Sequence record: PQ604604
Direction: 5' to 3' (one strand)
DNA: 64,000 nucleotides
Origin: Escherichia phage ECP_WGS_SA1
Shown: positions 39,928 to 49,715 of the stretch, piece after piece
Layout: every line of letters starts with the position of its first letter
How positions within the stretch are numbered: the stretch's first letter is position 1
Notes under the pieces: model-generated
What the model was told of the DNA's origin: nothing
The model's database searches: none
What the model saw: only the letters and a program-made list of their open reading frames with translations
Program-made: the position numbers and the translations under genes

Positions 39928-40517
39928 TCAAACTCCTTATTCATCACTTGTTCCAGCGCATAGGCGTAAGACTGATCAGTCGATTTGATGAACGTTCCGT
40001 TGTACATCACACCTTTACGGTCCTTGATGTCTTCATAGGCGGCTTGAGCGCAATCAGACAGTCGAAGTCCATAATCATGCGCTACGCCGGAAAGATAATC
40101 GACTGCGGCCATTATGGTGACATCAATATCCATACTCTGATTTTTAGCAATGGCGTCACCAAGCCGTCCGAGAGTCTTTGCCAAGCGAAGGATAAACGAG
40201 TGAGGGTGGGCACCTTTGTCAGCGCAACCGCCGCCGTTGATGTCTTCGATTTTTGCACCATTTTGCGCGGCAAGAATAGTTAACACAACAAGGCAATCGC
40301 CGATGTCATCCTTGATTGCAGCTTGTAAATCACAGATGGCCTGCTCTGTATATCCGATTTCAGTGTCAAAGAACACAAGGTCATGTAATTGATCAACGTG
40401 GTCGGTCAACTCCCCAAACTCGCTAATAAGCTTCGGGTATTGGTCCTTAAGGTCGCAGCCTTGGATGATGTTACGGTCAGAAGCCCACTGGCGAATGTTT
40501 GCATAAATCTGGTTCAT
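39924..40517 (-). CDS. Putative MazG-like nucleotide pyrophosphohydrolase
   Basis: Acidic helical motifs (EFGELTDHV); weak call. Confidence 0.3.
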   Translation of the reverse strand: MNQIYANIRQWASDRNIIQGCDLKDQYPKLISEFGELTDHVDQLHDLVFFDTEIGYTEQAICDLQAAIKDDIGDCLVVLTILAAQNGAKIEDINGGGCADKGAHPHSFILRLAKTLGRLGDAIAKNQSMDIDVTIMAAVDYLSGVAHDYGLRLSDCAQAAYEDIKDRKGVMYNGTFIKSTDQSYAYALEQVMNKEFE

Positions 40518-41032
40518 TTATTTTCCTTTGATGCATTGAATTGATCGATTTTAATTTTAGCCTGATTATAAGTATCAATCAAGCTATTAACCTTCTCTTT
40601 TAATCGGTTTGTTTCTGCGGCGAACTGAACAAGAAAACTGACATCTTCTTCTGATAGTCCACAGTTTCCTTCTGGGATAGAGAGGCGTCCAGTGGTCGCA
40701 GAGTCGGGCATACTCCTGAGTAATTCACGGGAGCAGCTGAGTTGCTCGCGCAGCTTGATATTCCCAGACTTGTAACGAGCAATAGTGTCATCAGCAACCA
40801 GTTGCGCTTCCTGGCGACCCTTCTCATATGCCGATGCCGATTCAACCTGTAAAGATGCAATTTGCTCTTCGAGTGCATTTATCTTGTCCTTACGCTCATT
40901 AAGCGATGTCAGATATTGATTATCCTTGGCCAGTGATGCGTTGGTTTGCTGAAGGTCTTCAACGTATGATCCAGCGGCGAACGCGCCAACAAGGGCCAGA
41001 ATCTTCAGAAGCGGTACAATTCTTTCTATCAT
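40514..41032 (-). CDS. i-spanin (Rz-like)
   Basis: N-terminal transmembrane helix then predicted coiled coil; contains an embedded lipoprotein ORF. Confidence 0.6.
   Translation of the reverse strand: MIERIVPLLKILALVGAFAAGSYVEDLQQTNASLAKDNQYLTSLNERKDKINALEEQIASLQVESASAYEKGRQEAQLVADDTIARYKSGNIKLREQLSCSRELLRSMPDSATTGRLSIPEGNCGLSEEDVSFLVQFAAETNRLKEKVNSLIDTYNQAKIKIDQFNASKENK
40600..40827 (-). CDS. o-spanin (Rz1-like) embedded in the +1 frame of the i-spanin
   Basis: Signal peptide with lipobox LGISSC; mature part short, proline-rich, with a second Cys. Confidence 0.55.
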   Translation of the reverse strand: MRRVARKRNWLLMTLLLVTSLGISSCASNSAAPVNYSGVCPTLRPLDASLSQKETVDYQKKMSVFLFSSPQKQTD

Positions 41033-41039
41033 GATGCAC

Positions 41040-41071
41040 CAGATAAATAAAAGGCCGCCAATCGGCAGCCT
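41040..41071 (-). terminator. Possible rho-independent terminator (imperfect GC stem plus T-rich tail)
   Basis: Stem AAGGCCGCC / GGCAGCCTT with one mismatch. Confidence 0.4.
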
Positions 41072-41089
41072 TGTTGATTTGATTGTCGA

Positions 41090-41950
41090 TTAAAACTCTT
41101 CTGCGTCGGTCGGAGTTTCGTTGACAGGACCAGCGGCACCGCTTGCTTCTTCCTGCTTGCTGCGGTCGATGTTAACGTTGCCGCCAACTACGTCGTTGTG
41201 GAACGCTTTGGCGACTTCGTACAGGCCTTTATCCTGCACCAGACCTTCCAGCTCAAACTTCAGAACTGACCAGGTGTTGCCATCTTTGGACTGAGACGCA
41301 GTACCCATGCGAACGATGTTCATAAAGGTCGGCGGAGTTTTCAGACCCTGCGGAGTCTGAACTTTCTTCTGCTGCAGAGCGGTCATCAGCATGCGAGACG
41401 GCTTGATCATGGAAGAAGTAAGAGACAGCATTGCGCTACCAAATTCGCCAGTTTCTTCGTTCAACAGGATCACGAAGTGGTTACGTGTGTCTGCGTAGTA
41501 AGGTGATTTCTTCTCGTGCACTTTGCCGTTTTCATCCGGCACAAATACCTTACCGTTGATTTCAACAGCGCGGCCTGCCGCGACTTCTGCATCAACGTGC
41601 TCTTTGGTGAATTCACCTTTAAAGCCTTTATCGTCGGACTCGCGACCGCCCCAAAGGATGAAGGTGCGTTTGAATGCGCAAGGGATGATCTGCACACCTT
41701 TCTTGCCGTCATACAATTCACCAGTAACGGTGTTGTACAGCATGCCAGCTTTTGCGCCAGGCACGTGTTTTGGATCATCTTCGTCGACCATCGGAGACAT
41801 CTTTTGCAGTACGACGATAAAAGGAATGGCATAAGCGTCGGCATCGGCACCTTCAAAGCCAGCGCCAAAATCGGTCATATCGACAAAATCAGCCATAGCG
41901 GACATCTGGGTGTTTTTCACTGCAACTTCGGTAGTTTCTTTCTTAGACAT
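41090..41950 (-). CDS. Hypothetical protein, 286 aa; possibly ssDNA-binding or annealing
   Basis: Guess from genomic context only. Confidence 0.35.
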   Translation of the reverse strand: MSKKETTEVAVKNTQMSAMADFVDMTDFGAGFEGADADAYAIPFIVVLQKMSPMVDEDDPKHVPGAKAGMLYNTVTGELYDGKKGVQIIPCAFKRTFILWGGRESDDKGFKGEFTKEHVDAEVAAGRAVEINGKVFVPDENGKVHEKKSPYYADTRNHFVILLNEETGEFGSAMLSLTSSMIKPSRMLMTALQQKKVQTPQGLKTPPTFMNIVRMGTASQSKDGNTWSVLKFELEGLVQDKGLYEVAKAFHNDVVGGNVNIDRSKQEEASGAAGPVNETPTDAEEF

Positions 41951-42009
41951 TTGATGTTTTCCTATAGTATCAAGTTTCGTGGCAACCTGATTTCAAGATA
42001 AAGGTTAAA

Positions 42010-42567
42010 TTACTTTTTGCTTTTAGGCAAGGTTATTTTAGCTTCTTTATACTCAAAAACGCTAATATCTTCACTAACTGGATTACCCGCTTCCAGCTGT
42101 TCTTTAACAAATGACTTCAGTGTAGCAGAATGAACGCCTTGTTTCAACGTGGCTTCAACACCGTCTTCACGCAGCGCAGCAACAATCTCTTGCGCTTGCT
42201 CGATTTCTTCGCGACCGAACTCAGCCGTGACGCTGGACTTGATCAAGCCGCCGTAACCGTTGTTGACAAGCCAATCGAATACCTTCAATTCATTTTCTTT
42301 CTTGATTGAAGCATTTACTTTTGACTCGACCTTGATTTTGGTCTTGTCTTCAAGCTTGATTTCGGACACGCCAAGCTCATCCATGACGCCAGGAAGCAGA
42401 ACAGTTTTGATTTCACTGATGCGCTGCTTTTGCATATCAGCTTCATCTTCAAGCTCTGTCAAAGCTTCTTGGCGTTCTGCCAATTCCGATACTAAGCGCG
42501 CAAGGCGCTCTTGAATGCTCTCAGGAGCGACCTGCGGCAAATCATCTTCCCAATTAATGTTGCTCAT
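42010..42567 (-). CDS. Hypothetical acidic coiled-coil protein, 185 aa
   Basis: ORF. Confidence 0.4.
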   Translation of the reverse strand: MSNINWEDDLPQVAPESIQERLARLVSELAERQEALTELEDEADMQKQRISEIKTVLLPGVMDELGVSEIKLEDKTKIKVESKVNASIKKENELKVFDWLVNNGYGGLIKSSVTAEFGREEIEQAQEIVAALREDGVEATLKQGVHSATLKSFVKEQLEAGNPVSEDISVFEYKEAKITLPKSKK

Positions 42568-42827
42568 ATTTTACCTTCTTGCATTAGCCCTTCAACACGG
42601 GTCATTTGATAACGTTCAGGTTTCCAAGCCGCCAAAGCCTTCTCAGCGCCTTTTAAAGTCTTATATGCCTTGATGCCAGGCATAATTACGGTATTCACCC
42701 CAGCACCGTTGCCATAATCAAACTCTTTTACAACGCGGAACATGCCGTCAATTTCTTTGACCAAAAGACGTTTGAACGCGATTGCGCCAGTAGCTTCATT
42801 TTTGTAACGTTCAAGGATGCGTACCAT
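42564..42827 (-). CDS. Hypothetical protein, 87 aa
   Basis: ORF overlapping neighbour. Confidence 0.4.
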   Translation of the reverse strand: MVRILERYKNEATGAIAFKRLLVKEIDGMFRVVKEFDYGNGAGVNTVIMPGIKAYKTLKGAEKALAAWKPERYQMTRVEGLMQEGKI

Positions 42828-42901
42828 TTTGTATTCCTCTATTTCGTTTCGATGAAGTAATTATGACTCATCTTCCGTGACAAGTCAAATTATTTTTGAT
42901 A

Positions 42902-44425
42902 TTAATTCATCTTTTTGCCGTCGAGGATGTGATCAGCAAGCATCGACTTCATACTGAGTGAACGCTGAATTTCTTCGTCGATGGTATCAACACCAATAAA
43001 ATCAACATACAACACGCTTGATTTGGTGCCGATGCGGTGATTTCGGTCTTCGGATTGCTTGCGCAACTCGTTGTCGTAGTTGCAAGAATAATAAATTGCC
43101 AAATCAGCGGCGGTAAGCGTGATGCCGATGCCTGCCGCTGCAGCGTGGCAAACCAATACCTGTGTTCCACCATTCGCGACTGTATTCTTCTGGAAGTCAT
43201 CAATTAAGAACTCGCGCTGCTCTTTGGATGTTTCACCATTGTATACACCAGTGACCACGCCTTCAGACTCAAGCCAGTCCTTAATCTGGTTCATCTCTTC
43301 CTTAAATATGGCCCAAACGATGAATTTGCGCTCTGGGTCGTCTTCCAGCACACCTTCCACATAATCTTTAAAGGCCGTGAATCGTGGGTTGTCTTCCATG
43401 TAGACCATCTCATCATACACCTTAACAAAGCCGGATGTCACCTGCTTCATCTTGGTGCGCGACGCGATCATCTCAAACTTGACGTTTTCTTCCTCGCCCT
43501 TGTATTCCATCAAATAGTTGTACTCATTCTTGAGTTCATCGTAAACATCGCGTTGTTTAGGCGACAACTCGAAGTCAATAAACTTGTACACCTTCTCTGG
43601 AAGGTCAGGCAAGTATTCCGCTTTTGTCGCACGAAAATAGTGCGGTTCCATCAGCCGGATAAGCTTGTCAAGGTTTTTGTACATCGGTCGGCCGAACTGG
43701 TCTTTGCGCGGCACTTGCGGAATACCATGGCCATTGCCGCCGATTTTCTTGAGGATGGCTTGCATCTCTGGGTCGTGCGCTTCAAGTAGCACCGTGAATT
43801 CAGAGTTGAAGGCGCGGAAAGATTTGGTGCCGAGCAAGCCTGCTTCAAGGAAGTGATATTGCATGTAAATATCCGCAGGCGAGCGCGGCAACGGCGTGCC
43901 AGAAAGGATTCGACGGGCCTTTGCCAGCCGTCCCAATTCCACAACCTTGATGGAGCGTTTCGCTGTGTTATTCTTGATGCGCGTTGATTCGTCAATAATC
44001 ATCAGGCAGCGGTATTTCTTCAAGACCGACTCGATATGTTGATAACCTACTGGTGTGTTGACGGTATCGATGTTGAATGAGAAGATGCGCGCAGGCACTT
44101 CGCCTTCAGGGTAGTGATCAGCAAACATCTTCTCCCAAAGCGCCTTGCCCTTTTTAGTCTTCATCTTGTCGTTGCCGCGCCAGTAGTGCCCAATCCACTT
44201 GATGGAAAGGTGTTCTGGTGCTTCACGACGAATCCAGTTGGAGTGGACACCGTTTGGAGCGATGACGACCATGGCATCGAACGCGCCAGCGGTGAAGTGC
44301 TTTTCAAACTCTGCCAAAGCGGTCCAAGTTTTACCAAGACCCTGTTCCATGAAATAGGCAAAGTATTTTCTGCGGCCTGCTTTATCAAGCGCCAGAAGCT
44401 GGTGGCGCATCCCTTGTGTTTTCAT
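42902..44425 (-). CDS. SNF2-family helicase
   Basis: Walker A GLGKT; DExx-like box MIIDESTRIKN; helicase C-terminal domain. Confidence 0.75.
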   Translation of the reverse strand: MKTQGMRHQLLALDKAGRRKYFAYFMEQGLGKTWTALAEFEKHFTAGAFDAMVVIAPNGVHSNWIRREAPEHLSIKWIGHYWRGNDKMKTKKGKALWEKMFADHYPEGEVPARIFSFNIDTVNTPVGYQHIESVLKKYRCLMIIDESTRIKNNTAKRSIKVVELGRLAKARRILSGTPLPRSPADIYMQYHFLEAGLLGTKSFRAFNSEFTVLLEAHDPEMQAILKKIGGNGHGIPQVPRKDQFGRPMYKNLDKLIRLMEPHYFRATKAEYLPDLPEKVYKFIDFELSPKQRDVYDELKNEYNYLMEYKGEEENVKFEMIASRTKMKQVTSGFVKVYDEMVYMEDNPRFTAFKDYVEGVLEDDPERKFIVWAIFKEEMNQIKDWLESEGVVTGVYNGETSKEQREFLIDDFQKNTVANGGTQVLVCHAAAAGIGITLTAADLAIYYSCNYDNELRKQSEDRNHRIGTKSSVLYVDFIGVDTIDEEIQRSLSMKSMLADHILDGKKMN

Positions 44426-44847
44426 GACAATTCCTCTAAATACTTGATGATGTGATGNNNNNNNNNNNNNNNNNNNNNNNNNNNNNNNNNNNNNNNNNNN
44501 NNNNNNNNNNNNNNNNNNNNNNNNNNNNNNNNNNNNNNNNNNNNNNNNNNNNNNNNNNNNNNNNNNNNNNNNNNNNNNNNNNNNNNNNNNNNNNNNNNNN
44601 NNNNNNNNNNNNNNNNNTGACCTTTCTCAAATGCGCTCTTGAAAGGAAGAGTGGTGGCCCTTGCAGGCCACGATTCAAAGAACTTCATTTCAAGCCAAAA
44701 GCCGCGCCCTTTCCGGTTGGTGCCGATTACGTCCGGCACACCATCACCCGTCATTGATTCGATTCTTTGAAGCTTCAAGATTGATTCTGAATGCTTCTTC
44801 AAAGGCACGAATATGTATTTCTGTTCACGGTTATTTGTTGCCATCTG
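44422..44847 (-). CDS. Putative VRR-NUC nuclease; C-terminal part masked by N (44458-44617)
   Basis: GVPDVIGTNRKGRGFWLEMKF resembles the VRR-NUC core. Confidence 0.4.
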   Translation of the reverse strand, partial: QMATNNREQKYIFVPLKKHSESILKLQRIESMTGDGVPDVIGTNRKGRGFWLEMKFFESWPARATTLPFKSAFEKGXXXXXXXXXXXXXXXXXXXXXXXXXXXXXXXXXXXXXXXXXXXXXXXXXXXXXXHHIIKYLEELS

Positions 44848-47728
44848 GATACACCTGTTTGATAACGTCGACGATGAACATGTCAATGCCTTCAAGTTTG
44901 CGGCCTTTCATCAGGAAGAATGCGCCGTTCCCGACGTTCTCTGCAATGTATTTCCCGTATTTCTGGAACTTCTCTGGACGAATCCTGAAGCGCATTGGCG
45001 AGTCGGTCGAATCGTCCTTGCACATAAGGTCAATGAACTGAGTCTCAAGCTTGTTTCCATACTGGTCAAACTCTGCGTAGCGGCCATCAGCTTGAAGACC
45101 CTTTTTAAGTTTGCCGTGCTTTGTATAAATGCCGCGCTCAAGACGTTTACGGATGCGTGTCGCTTCGTTCTCGTCAGCCAGCACTTTCTTGGTCAACTTG
45201 CCGATCACTATTGCACGCTCGTCATCGCCGACTTCCTTCATCTGGCGTATTGAAGCACCGGAAGTAACGCCAATCAGATATGGGTCATTATATGCCCAGC
45301 CGAACTTTGTGTGCATTTCGGTAAGGTCGCCGTATTTAACTTCAGCATTGGCCAATGCGTCCTTTTGTTTTTGCGTTAAGGTTCCGGCTTCACGCGCTTC
45401 GATGTACTTCATCGCCTTCACCATGCCATATCCTTTTGCGTTCATGATGCCGCCGATTAGCTTTCCGTTAGCGATGGTCCAGTTCATTGAAGAGTGATCA
45501 GGGTCGATTGGCACATAATCCACGCCTTCCTTCGCAAGTTCACGTAATATCGCAATCGTCTGGTCTTCGTCCTTAGCAGCGCGTAAGCAGGCAGCGGCAA
45601 ATTCCAACGGGTAGTGTCGCTTAAGCCACAATGTCCAGTAGGTCACGACCGCATAAGACACGGAGTGTGACTTGTTAAAGCCCCATGACCCGAACGTGGC
45701 CATCGCTTGCCAAAGCTTTCTTGCATCCGCTTCCGGTACACCGTTATTTATTGCGCCTGCAACGAAGTCTTCGCCAAGCTTGTTAAAGTATTCCTCACCC
45801 TTACGGCCTGACATTGCCTTACGTACAGCGGATGTTTTCGCCCAGTCAAATGAACCAATCTCTTTAACCACGGCCATGATTTGCTCTTGGTAAAGGAACA
45901 CGCCGTAAGTCTCTTTTAAGTACGGCTCAAGCTGCGGCACGTCATACTCAATCGGCGCACGTCCTGCCGCGCGTTCGATGTATTTCTGGGCCATACCGGA
46001 TGACAACGGGCCAGGTCGACCAAGTGCTGTCAGGTTATCGATTTTGTTGAAGTTGTCAACGTGCACAAAGTTGGTTACTGAGCGTACAGCATCACCTTCA
46101 AACTGAAAGATTCCTGACATCTTGTTTTCGTTAAGGATATCAAGGACGCTTTGGTCATCAAGCTTAATTCCGTACAGCGTTTCAGCATCTATCACGCCAG
46201 TATCAGAAATGATGCCGAGGGTGCGAAGTCCCAATGCATCAAGCTTCAAAAGGTTAAGGTATTCACTGTCAGGCTTGTCAATTTGCGCAATCCCTTCCGC
46301 CGTTACCGTACAGTAATCAGAGATTGGGTCATTACACACGATGATTCCCGCTGCGTGAACGCCAGTGTGGGAAGGGTGAATCTCAAGGTCACCCATGCAT
46401 CGCGCGGCATCGGGATATTTAGCCACAAACTCTTGGCCCGTGGTCGTTGTTGCAAAGGTATCCTCCAGGCCGTGACCATAACGGGCGTCACCAGATGAGT
46501 ATTCAAGCAATGCGTTTTTAATGTTGGCCGTTTCGTGATATCCAATGTTGAACTTCTTACCAACCTGAGCCATTACTGAGTTGGCCTTAAGCGTGTTTAT
46601 GTTGCCAAGTTTTGCAACGTTCATTTCGCCGTATTTTTCTTTAAGGTAATCAAACACCATATAGCGTTTGGTATCCTCAAAGTCAATATCAATATCAGGG
46701 AGGTCGGCACGGCTTACGTCGATGAATCGGGCAAATAGCAGCTTATACGGGATTGGGTCAACTTCCGTGATGCCGAGGCAATAACAAACCAGTGAACCAG
46801 CCGATGAGCCGCGAGCGGGTCCGACGAGCATTTTTGTTTTTGCAAATCGTACAAGGTCCGCTACCACCAGAAAGTATGAGTCGAAATCTTTCAGCTGAAT
46901 CTGGTGAATCTCTTCGTTGAATCGGTCCTCATATTCCTGAGTCCATTCTTTGATGTGACCTGCCTTAAGGCGGTACTCCATCCCCTCACGAGCAAGTTTT
47001 ACCATGTCACCAGCAAGGTGGATAATCGGCGCCTTGCGCAGCTTCAGGTCAAGTCCCACGATTCCGTTTGCAATGTCAACTGCATTGGCCGTTGCTTGAT
47101 TCAACTCATTTTCGGTCAATATTCCTTTAAGCTGTTTGTGCAAGTCTTCCGCGTCAACGATGCAGTGCGGCTTGACCGTGTCGCGAACTTCCCAAGCATA
47201 AGCAAAGTCAACGTGCTCAGGTGAAGGCATGTGGTTGTATCCAGTTAAAACCAGCGGCCTTCCGTTGCTGCGGTGAGCCAATACCTGGCGCTTGGCCAAA
47301 AGGAACGATGACGGGTTGACGTCTATATAATCGTAGTCCTCTGGCCGCAGCAACTCCACGGCCCCGCCACAGAATTTAACGACGCCATCGAGCGCCCCGA
47401 ACTCTGCACGGGTCAGTCCGCCGCGCTGTGTTGCAAGCGTGGTCGCGTTGTAAAAGGATTTCAGGTCAAGCGCCAATATCCAAGCCTTCGGTTTGAATCC
47501 CTTTTTCGGGTCCGCATCAGGGTCAATGATTGGAATCTCCATGCCAAACATAGGTTTGATATCATTCTTCTGACATTCCTTTTCCCAGCGAACGTGACCC
47601 CATGTATTGTTATCAACTAATGCCGCGACTTCGCAGCCCAACTCTTTGAGCCGTGCTATAATTTCAGGATGCCGTCCATATACTTCTTTGAACGTGTAAC
47701 CGCTGCGAACTCTCAATTGTGGAAACAT
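44831..47728 (-). CDS. DNA polymerase III alpha (DnaE)-like replicative polymerase
   Basis: N-terminal PHP-like domain; GSSAGSLVCYCLGITEVDP matches the DnaE palm region. Confidence 0.8.
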   Translation of the reverse strand: MFPQLRVRSGYTFKEVYGRHPEIIARLKELGCEVAALVDNNTWGHVRWEKECQKNDIKPMFGMEIPIIDPDADPKKGFKPKAWILALDLKSFYNATTLATQRGGLTRAEFGALDGVVKFCGGAVELLRPEDYDYIDVNPSSFLLAKRQVLAHRSNGRPLVLTGYNHMPSPEHVDFAYAWEVRDTVKPHCIVDAEDLHKQLKGILTENELNQATANAVDIANGIVGLDLKLRKAPIIHLAGDMVKLAREGMEYRLKAGHIKEWTQEYEDRFNEEIHQIQLKDFDSYFLVVADLVRFAKTKMLVGPARGSSAGSLVCYCLGITEVDPIPYKLLFARFIDVSRADLPDIDIDFEDTKRYMVFDYLKEKYGEMNVAKLGNINTLKANSVMAQVGKKFNIGYHETANIKNALLEYSSGDARYGHGLEDTFATTTTGQEFVAKYPDAARCMGDLEIHPSHTGVHAAGIIVCNDPISDYCTVTAEGIAQIDKPDSEYLNLLKLDALGLRTLGIISDTGVIDAETLYGIKLDDQSVLDILNENKMSGIFQFEGDAVRSVTNFVHVDNFNKIDNLTALGRPGPLSSGMAQKYIERAAGRAPIEYDVPQLEPYLKETYGVFLYQEQIMAVVKEIGSFDWAKTSAVRKAMSGRKGEEYFNKLGEDFVAGAINNGVPEADARKLWQAMATFGSWGFNKSHSVSYAVVTYWTLWLKRHYPLEFAAACLRAAKDEDQTIAILRELAKEGVDYVPIDPDHSSMNWTIANGKLIGGIMNAKGYGMVKAMKYIEAREAGTLTQKQKDALANAEVKYGDLTEMHTKFGWAYNDPYLIGVTSGASIRQMKEVGDDERAIVIGKLTKKVLADENEATRIRKRLERGIYTKHGKLKKGLQADGRYAEFDQYGNKLETQFIDLMCKDDSTDSPMRFRIRPEKFQKYGKYIAENVGNGAFFLMKGRKLEGIDMFIVDVIKQVYPDGNK

Positions 47729-48270
47729 TATTTACTCCAGATGTCATATACGCCAATTTGCTGGCAGACTTTGTGCAGTAATATTACGTCGTCTAATGCA
47801 CGGTGCTTCTGTTCATATTTTCCGAAATATAATTCATACAGCTCTTGAAGCTTAACTCTTCGGCCAAAAATAGGCAAGGTTTGCTCGACCGTACAAATGT
47901 TTATTTCTGGGAAATTAACATCATCAAGTGTAAGTCCTTCGCGCTGTAGTGCATAATCAAGAATGTTCTTATCGAACGCATGGTTGTGCGCGATAGTGGC
48001 ACCAGTCTTCTTGAAGATTTCTTTTAGCTGCGGAACAAAATTGATGAATGGCGGATTGCACTCAAGGTCTTCATTTGTTAATCCGGTAATCTTTGTGATG
48101 ATTTCTTCAATCACGATTTCAGGATTAATTATGAACTCGAACGTTTCAAGAATCTCTTTGCCGTCCGTCAACAGTCCTGCAAATTCAATAGGGCGCGGCT
48201 GCATTCCAAGCGGCGCTTTCGGGTGCACGGTTAATCCGGTTGTTTCGAAGTCATAAGGGAGAAATAACAC
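47728..48270 (-). CDS. DnaQ-like 3'-5' exonuclease
   Basis: Exo motifs YDFETTG, HNHAFD and HRALDD. Confidence 0.8.
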   Translation of the reverse strand: MLFLPYDFETTGLTVHPKAPLGMQPRPIEFAGLLTDGKEILETFEFIINPEIVIEEIITKITGLTNEDLECNPPFINFVPQLKEIFKKTGATIAHNHAFDKNILDYALQREGLTLDDVNFPEINICTVEQTLPIFGRRVKLQELYELYFGKYEQKHRALDDVILLHKVCQQIGVYDIWSK

Positions 48271-48324
48271 ATTGGCCTCCTACAAAAAGGCCGCCCATTA
48301 GGACGGCCACAGATTTAAGATTCG

Positions 48325-48876
48325 TTATACAGTGTACGGAGTACCGTCTTGATTCAACCGCACAATGAACTTAAGGTCGACACCGATGATCTCACGCGTA
48401 TCAAAGATAACATAGTTGTAACGACGCTGACCAGCAATATTTGGGTTGGTGTGAGAGTCGGTTACGACTTCCTGCGCAACCTGAATGCCTTCTTCTTTAA
48501 AGAACTTGCGCCATTCAGCAAGTTCAGCGGCAGTCACGTGCATGCCAAGATGGCTAACCTGATTGTCATGCGCATCGATGTATTCGATGTTTTCGTGAAT
48601 CCAGTTGCAACCTTTTGTATAGTCAAGAATTTCAAGCTCAAGAGGCTTACCAGCGCCGCCATCGGTGCCGTTGCCAGCCTGATAGTTGAAGCGCAAGTCA
48701 GCTTCGTTGGTGCAATCGCCGCGCTGACCCTTAAAGACATCAGCTTCAAATACGCGACCAGTAGCAACAACGTGATCATGGAACCATTCTGTCAGGCCGA
48801 TTTTAGCCAGGAAATTCTGTGCGCGCTGAGCACCTGGAATTGACAGGGCGATTTGTTCAATTTTAAAATGTGGCAT
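48325..48876 (-). CDS. Hypothetical protein, 183 aa (possibly VOC/glyoxalase-like fold)
   Basis: ORF; weak resemblance only. Confidence 0.35.
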   Translation of the reverse strand: MPHFKIEQIALSIPGAQRAQNFLAKIGLTEWFHDHVVATGRVFEADVFKGQRGDCTNEADLRFNYQAGNGTDGGAGKPLELEILDYTKGCNWIHENIEYIDAHDNQVSHLGMHVTAAELAEWRKFFKEEGIQVAQEVVTDSHTNPNIAGQRRYNYVIFDTREIIGVDLKFIVRLNQDGTPYTV

Positions 48877-48966
48877 TTTGTTTCCTTAATTAAATATTAT
48901 TGATTAATTACTGTGTTGCCTTCGNNNNNNNNNNNNNNNNNNNNNNNNNNNNNNNNNNNNNNTGAT

Positions 48967-49650
48967 TTATTTCCCAAATGGAATATCAGTACCAGACATA
49001 AAGCGCCATGCGCCCGTAATTAAGATATGGCGAATGAAGTCAGCAATTACTTGCGGCTCAGTCTCCAATCCATTCATCAGCGCCTTTTTCTGGTATTCAG
49101 CAGCATACTCAGGAGTCCAGCCGCGAGTCGCGCAAACAGCATCTTCAATCTGTTTGGACATGCCAGTACCACGTAGCTTATTAGGACTAATAGAAAATAC
49201 CGTGATCCCGTATTTAGGCGTAAGCTCGTGAGCCATCTGCTTGCTAATCATGAGCGCAGCAGCCTTGGAAGCATTATAACACAAGCTGGACGTCATAGGA
49301 ATATGCGCAGCGTTGGAAACGATATTGATCACAAAACCTTTGTTGTCGATAAGACTTTTCAGCGCGGCTTGAGTCGTGTTGACGAAAGAGAAGGCGTTGG
49401 TGTGCATAACGCGATTGAACTCTTCGTAGTTAACATCTTCAAACCAGTTGTTGGAGTTGACGCCAGCACAGTTGATCAAGCCTTCTACATCATATNNNNN
49501 NNNNNNNNNNNNNNNNNNNNNNNNNNNNNNNNNNNNNNNNNNNNNNNNNNNNNNNNNNNNNNNNNNNNNATGACCGTAAGCGCCAAGGGTGTCAAAAATA
49601 GATTTACCAAGACCGGAATTGGAACCTGTTACAACAATTACTTTTTTCAT
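48967..49650 (-). CDS. Short-chain dehydrogenase/reductase (SDR) family oxidoreductase; internal N-run
   Basis: Rossmann motif TGSNSGLGKS; catalytic YNASKAA (YxxxK). Confidence 0.65.
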   Translation of the reverse strand: MKKVIVVTGSNSGLGKSIFDTLGAYGHXXXXXXXXXXXXXXXXXXXXXXXXXYDVEGLINCAGVNSNNWFEDVNYEEFNRVMHTNAFSFVNTTQAALKSLIDNKGFVINIVSNAAHIPMTSSLCYNASKAAALMISKQMAHELTPKYGITVFSISPNKLRGTGMSKQIEDAVCATRGWTPEYAAEYQKKALMNGLETEPQVIADFIRHILITGAWRFMSGTDIPFGK

Positions 49651-49715
49651 TTATTTATCCTTTTTGGACTTCGTTTCGATGAGATAAATATAACTCATCG
49701 AAACGCACAAGTAAA

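Noticed and set aside
45129-47224. Plus-strand ORFs antisense to the DnaE-like polymerase gene
   Set aside because: Shadow ORFs inside a 965-codon gene with clear polymerase motifs.
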